Part shown: positions 12,701 through 24,200 of the stretch, piece by piece
Layout of the letters: every line of letters starts with the position of its first letter
How positions within the stretch are numbered: the stretch's first letter is position 1
Source: Macrostomum hystrix
Taxonomy: Eukaryota; Animalia; Platyhelminthes
Assembly: GCA_950097015.1 (NCBI GenBank)
Contig: CATNEN010000025.1
Coordinates: forward strand, 9,114,001 to 9,178,000
Direction: 5' to 3'
Length of the DNA stretch: 64,000 bases
Position numbers and translations under genes: made by a program
The notes under the pieces: model-generated
Database searches by the model: none
Told to the model about the DNA's origin: nothing
What the model saw: only the letters and a program-made list of their open reading frames with translations

Positions 12701-15202
12701 CTGCTCAGACTAGACTTTCACCTGTACTCAAATATTCTCCTCAGACTAGACTCTCACCTGTACTCAAATATTCTGCTCAGACTAGACTCTCACCTGTACT
12801 CAAATATTCTGCCAGACTAGACTTTCACCTGTACTCAAATATTCTCCTCAGACTAGACTCTCACCTGTACTCAAATATTCTCCTCAGACTAGACTTTCAC
12901 CTGTACTCAAATATTCTCCTCAGACTAGACTCTCACCTGTACTCAAATATTCTCCTCAGACTAGACTCTCACCTGTACTCAAATATTCTCCTCAGACTAG
13001 ACTCTCACCTGTACTCAAATATTCTCCTCAGACTAGACTTTCACCTGTACTCAAATATTCTCCTCAGACTAGACTTTCACCTGTACTCAAATATTCCCTT
13101 CTAACTAGACTTACCTGTAAAAATAAATCCCCATAACTCTGCAAAGATCCCAATTTAGATGCCAAGTAAGAGTTGGCATCTAACTTGGCTGTTCTTCTTC
13201 AAACCATTCGCTTACCTCGCAAACTGTGAGCACAAGCAGCTCATCAAAGACGTGATGTCGCAGCTGTTCCATATTGGCCCGGCAGCAGTCCACAAACTCC
13301 TTGCCCAGCTCATCCGTTGGCTTAGCAATGGACAACAGAGCAGAGAACATTGCGGTCTCATCGTAGCGAGCCAGCTTAACCAGCAAGCCCTCCAGAATTT
13401 CACCGAATCTGGTCACTATGCCGTTGGTAATGCGAGACTGGACTCCGTCAAGAAAAGTATCGGTCTTCTTGTGGTACTCGTGCTGTGAGAAGGAGAAGTT
13501 TTTTTGAGAAATTACTTTTCGAATCCGCACATTCGTTTGCCTCTCGCGCCAAGGTCCCTGAGCTCGATTCCGCGGCGAGGCCGCATTCATTTGGAACGCA
13601 GCAGCGGAGAGAAGGCTTGGGGGCTTGTCATGCAATTTACGCCCTTGAGGGCCAACCGCCAAGGAACAGTGAGAGTGTACACTGCCTGACGATGAGAAAG
13701 TCAGGGCAGATGTACACACCTGTGTGAGTGTGTGCCTGTGTACAGGATCTGTGTGCGTGTGTGCTCAGGAGTCAGCGAAATGGGCAGAATGGCCTCCTCG
13801 CTGGCTGCGGGTCTAGTGTCACGAAATGATGTGCCATTGCCCGCAGCCCTCCTGCAAGACATTGTCATTATTATTCTAAGAATCCAACACTTATAAAACT
13901 TATATTTACAACTACACCTATTTGGAATTCTAAACATAGCATCTAAATATGGCGCGCTATTTCTAGAAGCCCCTACTAGCCGTAGAGAAGTCATCGAAGG
14001 CGCGCACCATGTTCTCCCCGGTGCGCATTGTGCACAGCTTGAACACGCTGGTCTTGAGTCCGGCGCAGGTGTTGAGCATAACGCACACCTCCGATGGCAA
14101 TAAAAAATCTGTGCCCTTGCCGCATCGCTTCATTGTGACTTCGAAAGCTGCTGAAGTTCGCTTGCCGGCAGCTTCTAGCATGTCGGCGGCCATCAGCTTC
14201 AGCCGGTTGTCAAGGTGCTCGGCGAAGACAGGATCTGGCCAGTGCAGATCGGCGATGAAGGACTGCAACGCCTCCAGCTTCCATAGAAGATCCTCGCTGG
14301 TGACACAGCCGGAGCCCTTCTGGGACCAGCGCTCCTTCTCGAAGCCGCGATTAATTGATTGGGCAATGGACGACTCCATTAAGTCCACGTAGCGAACCAC
14401 GTGCGGAGCGAATGTGTCCCGCAGCTGCTGGTGAAAGCGACCGTTGCGAAGGTTCGCTGCATAGGGATGGGGTGGGTGTTAAAGAGGCTATTTGATGACG
14501 CGGCTTAATTTTGATTCGTCAGAGACGCTTCAATCTCTGAATGGCTAGAGGAACTTCAATCTCTGATTGGCTAGAGGAACTCCGATCTCTGATTGGCTAG
14601 AGGAACTTCAATCTCTGATTAGCTTGAGGAACTCCAATCTCTGATTGGCTTGACGAACTCCAATGGCTAGATAAACACAAAATTCTCACTCTCTGATTGG
14701 CTTGGGGAATAAGAAATCTGAGTGTCTGACTAGTTAGGGAAAAAATGAGTCTCTGATTGGCTAGGAACGAATCTGATTCTCTGATTGGTTGGAGAGAAAT
14801 CCAAGTCTTTAATTAGTTGGAAAGAAATCCGAGTCTCTGATTGGCTAGGAATAAATCTGATTCTCTGATTGGTTGAGGAGCAGTTCAATTCTATGAATGT
14901 TTAGTGGAGAAATCCGGGTTCCTGATTGGTTAGAAAGACATCTGAGAAATCGGCGCAAGATCAGCAGATTTGAAAGTCCCACCATCAGATCGCAAATAGT
15001 CGTTGAGCAGCTGGAACAGCGGGAAAGAATCCCAAACGTCCGGCGGCTGGCTCTCCAGCACGGCCATCATGTCCACGGCAAATTTGGCCCAGAAGGTCTC
15101 GGCGTGCTCTACTAGCAGGTCAGAGAACCAGGCGAAGGCCTAAAAATTGCAAAGTTATATCCGATTATTGTTGATTTGTATTTGTACATAGGCCCACATA
15201 TC

Positions 15203-15270
<68 letters not shown>

Positions 15271-18200
15271 CATGGGCCAATTAATATGGTTTCCATGCGG
15301 TCAAAGATCTGATTTGCCAGAGCCAATCGATAGACAAGCGATAAAAATGCAAACCACAATAGTTTAAACCACGGTGCACAATGATGCACTACTTTGTACT
15401 ACTACTGCTATTCATAATGTACTGTTTGATTCGACATGCCCCATTTTGTCTAGTTTTGTGCTTCTGAAATGAATGCAAAAGTAAGCTTGATATACCAGCT
15501 AGTGCGGCACATAATATGAACTTCTAAGGAATCGAAAAACTGATTGATAGCAAGAGAAGTATTAGGCACTGTCAAACACCCTGGAACACCCGGTCTGATT
15601 TAACAGCTGCTAGCACCTTCTGTCTAACACCCTGGAACACCCGGTCTGATTTAACAGCTGCTAGCACCTTCTGTCTAACACCCTGGAACACCCGGTCTGA
15701 TTTAACAGCTGCTAGCACCTTCTGTCTAACACCCTGGAACACCCGGTCTGATTTAACAGCTGCTAGCACCTTCTGTCTAACACACTGGAACACCCGGTCT
15801 GATTTAACAGCTGCAAGCACCTTCTGTCTAACACACTGGAACACCCGGTCTGATTTAACAGCTGCTAGCACCTTCTGTCTAACACACTGGAACACCCGGT
15901 CTGATTTAACAGCTGCTAGCACCTTCTGTCTAACACCCTGGAACACCCGGTCTGATTTAACAGCTGCTAGCACCTTCTGTCTAACACCCTGGAACACCCG
16001 GTCTGATTTAACAGCTGCTAGCACCTTCTGTCTAACACCCTGGAACACCCGGTCTGATTTAACAGCTGTTAGCACCTTCTGTCTAACACCCTGGAACACC
16101 CGGTCTGATTTAACAGCTGCTAGCACCTTCTGTCTAACACCCTGGAACACCCGGTCTGATTTAACAGCTGCTAGCACCTTCTGTCTAACACCCTGGAACA
16201 CCCGGTCTGATTTAACAGCTGCTAGCACCTTCTGTCTAACACCCTGGAACAACCGGTCTGATTTAACAGCTGCTAGCACCTTCTGTCTAACACCCTGGAA
16301 CACCCGGTCTGATTTAACAGCTGCTAGCACCTTCTGTCTAACACACTGGAACACCCGGTCTGATTTAACAGCTGCTAGCACCTTCTGTCTAACACCCTGG
16401 AACACCCGGTCTGATTTAACAGCTGCTAGCACCTTCTGTCTAACACACTGGAACACCCGGTCTGATTTAACAGCTGCTAGCACCTTCTGTCTAACACACT
16501 GGAACACCCGGTCTGATTTAACAGCTGCTAGCACCTTCTGTCTAACACCCTGGAACACCCAGCTCGGCTTTATTCTCTAACAGCCTCTTGAAAATAACTT
16601 TATCGAGCAATTAAAAGAATTATAGAAAGGCGTCTTCTAGAGGAAAAACTATGACAACATACTAGCAAGTAGGATACAAAGGTAGTAACAAATTTCTACG
16701 AAAAAAGCTGTTAGTTACCTCTCTTCCTTCCTAAAATGAAAAGTTTTGTGTTAATGAAGTTTATAAATTGTCATATAAACAAAGTGAAAAAAAGTTACAT
16801 TAGTTTTATTCCGCCTTTTTAGTTTTTTTGTACAAAAAGTCCTAAATTAACCAGACTGGACGCAAATGAAATAAACAAAACAGATTTCACTAGTGCATTT
16901 AAAGATTTAGAGACTGGACATTGCCATACCTCTGAGTGATGCTCCTCATTCTGCTGCAGCACTTCGATGCACATCTCAGCTAGATGCACAATGCCCTCCA
17001 GCTTCTTGTCTGTCGGATCGTCCGATTGGATGATCTCTGGAAGGCGTGGGACCATGCTGCGTATTAGCAAGGTCAAGGTCGAATTAAGGGTCAAGGTCAA
17101 GGAGGTTGTGGCCTTGTGGTTAGAGCGTCGGACTCACGACTTGAAGGTCAGGGGTTCGATTACCGACTCCACTGGAACAATTTGTGTTCAAGACAGCAAG
17201 ACACTGCATTGCTTCAGTTCACCCAGCTGTTAAATTGGTGCCAGCATTAGCTGGGGTAATTAAGGGTGGGTGAGACGTCCCTCCCAGTCCATGGACTGAA
17301 CAGCCCTGTACAGTCTTCAGATGCGCCGCGCTATAGCTGCGTCTGTGCTGTCGGCTGCACATCTGGCCCGATTGGGGCAGGTTTAATTAATTAACATCAA
17401 GGTTAACCTTTAGATTCTGGGTCCAAGGTCAGTCCCTGAGTATCTGGGTCCAAGGTCAGCCCCTGAGCATCTGGGTCCAAGGTCAGCCCCTGAGCATCTG
17501 GGTCCAAGGTCAGCCCCTGAGCATCTGGGTCCAAGGTCAGCCCCTGAGCATCTGGGTCCAAGGTCAGTCCCTGAGCATCTGGGTCCAAGGTCAGTCCCTG
17601 AGCATCTGGGTCCAAGGTCAGTCCCTGAGCATCTGGGTCCAAGGTCAGCCCCTGAGCATCTGGGTCCAAGGTCAGCCCCTGAGCATCTGGGTCCAAGGTC
17701 AGCCCCTGAGCATCTGGGTCCAAGGTCAGCCCCTGAGCATCTGGGTCCAAGGTCAGCCCCTGAGCATCTGAAAGGTTGGCAGCTTAACTAACCTTCAATA
17801 TTGGCGCACTCAGCCAGCCTATTGTAGTTTATGTTTGCCGCTTCGTCCAGACAGCCGCTGACCACTTTTCGCACCTCCTCTGTGTCAGCTGGTGTCACAA
17901 TGTCCTTCATGAGCACTCGCTCTAGCAGTGACAGGGTGCCTTTAAGCGCGCCCTCCGGCCTTCCAAACGGGAAGTAGTAGCGAAACTCGGTCACGTTTCT
18001 TAGAAGCATCTCTTTCAGGCGCTTCTTCACTTCTTCGAAGCGGACTCGCTCGTCGTGGAGAACCGTTCCGATACCATCCGGTCTGTGATGGGGTAGCAAG
18101 AGGGATTTAACAGGTAGTTTAAAAAAACCCCAGTCATAAACTTATTGCCTCTCGCACCAAGGTTCCTGAGTTCGATTCCGCAGCGAGGCCACATTCATTT

Positions 18201-21200
18201 GGGGCGCAGCCGCGGAGAGAAGGCTGAGGCAGATGTACAGACATGTGCGCGCGTGTGCTCAGGAGTCAGCGAAATGGGCAGAATTGCCATTCTGAGGTCA
18301 GGAGTTCGAATCTCTAGTATCCAGCCAGTCGTTGTCCCCAAAGAAAACACGCACTCACCTATTGCCATGCACGTGGGAGGCGCAGAATGCGAAGCTGTAG
18401 TGAATGAGCGCCGGATCGATGATGGAACCTCCATCGGCCGCGTCCAGCAGGTCCTCCAGGTAGAAGACATGCCTCTGGCAGCCGCGCACACCATACCTGG
18501 CGCAATACTCGTCCAGAACAAACACCTGGCCGGGGCTGAACCAGCCCAGGCTAGTATAGGGATCAGCCAGGCGGTGCCGCAGGGTCAGCAGTTGGAGACG
18601 GCGGAATAGCGCGGCGTGGTCGCATTGCGCCGGATCGACGCGCAGGAATTCGTCCAGGCCGGCCCGTTTGGCGCGGTCGGCCTCGCCGGAGAGCTTCTGC
18701 TGGGCCTGGGCGCTGGCAGCGCGAACCGCCGGCTGAGCTGGCGGCTCAGGCTTGTGAGTCTGGCCGGTGGCTCGGTAGATTGCCTGCACCCACAGTTGGC
18801 GCTCCGCCTCGTCCTCCGTGGCGTAGGTCACGTGATCGCCTTCGCGCACTGTACTAAAGAAGCACAGCTTGCGATTGGCGGCCGCGTCCTGCGGCAGATC
18901 ATCCGGAGCTTCGGGCACGTAGTCGACGGTGTAGTCGGTGAGGGGCATGACCTCCAGGGGCTCGGATTTCTTCTCTCGATAGGAGGCCATGACGAAGTGG
19001 TACTGGCTCACCTGACGCAATGGGAGGGGGGTTTAACTTATAGAATCGCTGTCAATATAAAACGTTTAAGCCATGATGTTGCTGGGACGTGTACAAGGTT
19101 TGGCCCAAGATTCCAGAGTGCGAAAGTTCTTGAAGAGTGGAAGTTTCCAGAGAGTGGAAGTTTCCAGAGTGTGAAAGCTTTTAGAGGGTGGAATTTCCAG
19201 AGAGTGGAAGTTTCCGGAGAGTGCGAGTTTCCGGAGAGTGGAAGTTTCCAGAAAGTGGAAGTTTCCGGAGAGTGCGAGTTTCCGGAGAGTGCGAGTTTCC
19301 GGAGAGTAGAAGTTTCCAGAAAGTGGAAGTTTCCGGAGAGTGCGAGTTTCCAGAGAGTGGAAGTTTCCAGAGAGTGGAATTTCCAGAGAGTGGAAGTTTC
19401 CGGAGAGTGCGAGTTTCCGGAGAGTGGAAGTTTCCAGAAAGTGGAAGTTTCCGGAGAGTGCGAGTTTCCGGAGAGTGCGAGTTTCCAGAGAGTGGAATTT
19501 CCAGAGAGTGGAAGTTTCCGGCGAGTGGAAGTTTCTAGAGAGTGGAAGTTCCCAAAGTTTTTTAACTTATAGAATCGCTGTCAATATAAAACGTTTAAGC
19601 CATGATGTTGCTGGGACGTGTACAAGGTTTGGCCCAAGTTTCCAGAGTGCGAAAGTTCTTGAAGAGTGGAAGTTTCCAGAGAGTGGAAGTTTCCAGAGAG
19701 TGGAAGTTTCCGGAGAGTGGAAGTTTCCGGAGAGTGGAAGTTTCCGAAGAGTGGAAGTTTCCAGAAAGTGGAAGTTTCCGGAGAGTGCGAGTTTCCGGAG
19801 AGTGGAAGTTTCCGGAGAGTGCGAGTTTCCAGAGAGTGGAAGTTTCCGGAGAGTGGAAGTTTCCAGAGAGTGGAAGTTTCCGGAGAGTGGAAGTTTCCGG
19901 AGAGTGGAAGTTTCCGGAGAGTGGAAGTTTCCAGAAAGTGGAAGTTTCCGGAGAGTGCGAGTTTCCGGAGAGTGGAAGTTTCCGGAGAGTGCGAGTTTCC
20001 AGAGAGTGGAAGTTTCCGGAGAGTGGAAGTTTCCAGAGAGTGGAAGTTTCCGGAGAGTGGAAGTTTCCGGAGAGTGGAAGTTTCCGGAGAGTGGAAGTTT
20101 CCGGAGAGTGGAAGTTTCCGGAGAGTGGAAGTTTCCAGAGAGTGGAAGTTTCCGGAGAGTGCGAGTTTCCAGAGAGTGGAAGTTTCCAGAGAGTGGAAGT
20201 TTCCGGAGAGTGGAAGTTTCCAGAGAGTGGAAGTTCCCAAATTGTAGAAGTTTTCAAGTGTGGAAGTTTCCAAGTGTAGCATTTTCCAATGTGTTTAGAT
20301 TTCCGCTCAGATTTGTTTAAAACTAGCACTACAAAATCACCTGTATTAGGCACATGTAGCGCTTCTGCCACTTTTTAAACACGCTTTTGCCGGCCGTCCA
20401 CAGCCAGCCGCAGTGCTTCAAATTGGACGGCTTTTCCATGCGAATGAGGATTTTGATGCGCAGATCGTCTGGGCAGCTCTTGCTGGTCGTCATCTTGTGC
20501 CACTCGGCCCCCTTGGCCGTGGTGCAGGTTGGCCGGATGTACACCTGGAGGGCAGGCGTTTGCCATCCAATAAACAGAATGTGCTCGAAACTTAGCTGAG
20601 GTCACACCGGATGAGAGTATGGGAAATGATATGAGATAAAATCTGAATCTGGAGGGTGAGAAGATAATCTAGGATGAGATTCAAAGATGAGATGGGATGA
20701 GATTCTAAGATGAGATGGGATGAGATTCTAAGATGAGATGGGATGAGATTCTAAGATGAGATGGGATGAGATTCTAAGATGAGATGGGATGAGATTCTAA
20801 GATGAGATGGGATGAGATTCTAAGATGAGATGGGATGAGATTCTAAGATGAGATGGGATGAGATTCTAAGATGAGATGGGATGAGATTCTAAGATGAGAT
20901 GGGATGAGATTCTAAGATGAGATGGGATGAGATTCTAAGATGAGATGGGATGAGATTCTAAGATGAGATGGGATGAGATTCTAAGATGAGATGGGATGAG
21001 GTTCTAAAATGAGATGGGATGAGATTCTAAGATGAGATGGGATGAGATTCTAAGATGAGATGGGATGAGATTCTAAGATGAGATGGGATGAGGTTCTAAA
21101 ATGAGATGGGATGAGGTTCTAAAATGAGATGGGATGAGATTCTAAGATGAGATGGGATGAGGTTCTAAGATGAGATGGAATGAGATTCTAAGATGAGATG

Positions 21201-24200
21201 GGATGAGATTGGATTAAGATTGGAATGAGATTGGAATGAGATTGGAGTGAGATTGGATTAAGATTGGAGTGAGATTGGAGTGAGATTGGAATGAGACTCT
21301 AAGATGAGACAGGGTTGCCTTGGCAGCAAAGTGGCTTACCTTTCCCAGCTCCCTGTCGTCAAAGCTGAGCATCCTGGCATTCTCAGCGAACAGCTTCACC
21401 TTGATGATGGGCAGTGGCTGCGATGTCGAGAAGTCGCCCTGGGTGTCCCACATGGGTCTGGAAGCCTCTGCTTGGTCAGTCTGCAGCTTTTCGCCGCCCT
21501 CCACCTCCATGGTGCAGTAGACAATGCGATTTGGCGGTACACATTTTAGATTTTTCACTTCTGAGACCACAATCTGCAATGGGGACGCATGAACAGGTAT
21601 AAATCAACACCTCTCGGCTTTGAGAACACCGTTGAGCTACTGGTATTTGATTGATAGGTCTAAGATCTGTTGATAGTTCTAGGGGTTGTTGGTTGATCTA
21701 GGGGCTGTCAGTAGATCTAGGGGTGGTTGGTAGATCTATGAGCTGTCAGTAGATCTAGGGGTGGTTGGTAGATCTATGAGCTGTCAGTAGATCTAGGGGT
21801 GGTTGGTAGATCTAGGGGTGGTTGGTAGATCTAGGGGTTGTTGGTAGATCTAGGGGTTGTTGGTAGATCTAGGGGTGGTTGGTAGATCTAGGGGTGGTTG
21901 GTAGATCTAGGGGTGGTTGGTAGATCTATGAGCTGTCAGTAGATCTAGGGGTGGTTGGTAGATCTATGAGCTGTCAGTAGATCTAGGGGTGGTTGGTAGA
22001 TCTATGAGCTGTCAGTAGATCTAGGGGTGGTTGGTAGATCTATGAGCTGTCAGTAGATCTAGGGGTGGTTGGTAGATCTAGGGGTGGTTGGTAGATCTAG
22101 GGGTGGTTGGTAGATCTAGGGGTTGTTGGTAGATCTAGGGGTTGTTGGTAGATCTAGGGGTGGTTGGTAGATCTAGGGGTGGTTGGTAGATCTAGGGGTG
22201 GTTGGTAGATCTAGGGGTGGTTGGTAGATCTAGGGGTTGTTGGTAGATCTAGGGGTGGTTGGTAGATCTAGGGGTTGTTGGTAGATCTAGGGGCCGTCAG
22301 TAGATCTAGGGGTGGTTGCTAGATCTAGGGGTTGTTGGTAGATCTAGGGGTGGTTGGTAGATCTAGGGGTTGTTGGTAGATCTAGGGGCCGTCAGTAGAT
22401 CTAGGGGTGGTTGGTAGATCTATGAGCTGTCAGTAGATGTAGGGGTTGTTGGTAGATCTAGGGGTGGTTGGTACATCTAGAGGTGGTTGGTAGATCTATG
22501 AGCTGTCACTAGATCTAGGGGTGGTTGGTAGATAATTTGGTCTACCAAATGTTAGGTAGACCATTTTCATCTATCAATCTATTTGTAGACGCTGTAAAAT
22601 GCAAGTATGTATTTAAACTAAGTACGTGTATCTTTGCTTAGCTAAAAAAGTAACAGAGGAACAGTTAGACAGACAGACAGATAAATTTTAGAAAATATAT
22701 TTTAAGGTATTTAAATGGTAGGCAAGGGAGAGGGAGAGAGGAAAAAGTGATTTTGGGAACGGCTTGAGAAAGAGAGTGAGTGAGAGAAGGGAGAGAAGAG
22801 GGAAGCTAAGGAGCCGTTGAGGAGGCTTCGGAGAGGCGGCACTTTGATCGGGTCCTGGAGACGGAGAAATCAAGTAAAGAGTGGGCGACGGAGGGGGTGG
22901 GGCAGAGAGAGAGGGAGAGACGAGGAGGGGCTGGAGCTGTGACAGTTAAGCTGGCGATTCCGAGCCAGTTGGAGGGGAAAATTGATTGATTAGGAGGCGA
23001 CAGCATGGGCGATGGCTGTTGATGGAGGATGGCCGGAGGCCAAATTGAAAAAAACGGGGTGCAATATTGGGTGGGGGGGAAGCCGAGGGGAGTGGAGGTA
23101 CAAAAAACGACTGGGGATTTTTTTAAAGATCGCCGAAGAGACTTTTTAGATAAGGCAAAACGTAGATTCGAAATTGGTTAGAAATGAAGACTCAAAGTAC
23201 ACACACTCGGCTAACTGGAGAAAGTTGTTCTCTCTCTCTCTCTCTCTTCACACAAGTGTTTTTTTAACCTCAGACAGTGTCAGACAGCTCGGGCTACCAA
23301 TTAAGCGCGCGTCGAACAATGTGCGGTGTCTGACTAACAACTCGTAAAATTTAGAGTTCTAGAATACATGATGCCAGTGCATTCATAGTCAGTAATACAG
23401 ACTTATTGTTTCTAATACTAGCATTATTGTGTGTCTGATCGACGCGACATTGTACTTTTAAAACATTGTACTTTGGAAATGGGTTCCTAAAAAGCTTCTG
23501 TCATAAGATTTTCCTACTTTTTCTTTCTAGGGGGAAGACAAGAGGGAAAAGACAGGGAGGGGAGAGGGAAAGACAGGGAGGGGAGAGGGAAGGGAGAGGA
23601 GGGGGAGAGGGAATTGACAGGAGGGGAAGAAGGAAGGGACAAGAGGGGGAGAAGGAAGTGAAGGAGGGGGGAGAAGGAAGGGACAAGAGGGGGAGAAGGA
23701 AGTGATAGGAGCGGAGAAGGAAGTGACAGGAGGGGAAGAGGGAAGGGACAAGAGGGAAGGAGAAGGAAGGGATAGGAGGGGGAGAGGGAAGGGACAAGAG
23801 GGAAGGAGAAGGAAATGATAGGAGGGGGGAGAGAAGGGACAAGAGGGAAGGAGAAGGAAGGGATAGGAGGGGGGGAGAGAAGGGACAAGAGGGAAGGAGA
23901 AGGAAGTGATAGGAGGGGTAGAGGGAAGGGACAAGAGGGAAGGAGAAGGAAGTGATAGGAGGGGTAGAGGGAAGGGACAAGAGGGAAGGAGAAGGAAGGG
24001 ATAGGAGGGGGAGAGGGAAGGGACAAGAGGGAAGGAGAAGGAAGGGATAGGAGGGGGGAGAGAAGGGACAAGAGGGAAGGAGAAGGAAGTGATAGGAGGG
24101 GGAGAGAGAAGGGACAAGAGGGAAGGAGAAGGAAGTGATAGGAGGGGTAGAGGGAAAGGACAAGAGGGAAGGAGAAGGAAGTGATAGGAGGGGGAGAGAG

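Noticed and set aside
13180-13215. Alternative CAPS C-terminus [11 protein letters not shown] via intron read-through
   Set aside because: A strong GTAAGC donor and homologous downstream exons exist, and I saw no nearby sense-strand poly(A) signal.
17101-17175. Functional tRNA gene
   Set aside because: A and B boxes are present, but there is no closable acceptor stem and the sequence continues into a repeated SINE body.
22690-23260. GA/CT-rich segment in CAPS intron 5 as an alternative promoter
   Set aside because: Only low-complexity GAGA-type motifs are present, with no exon or start site that I can support.
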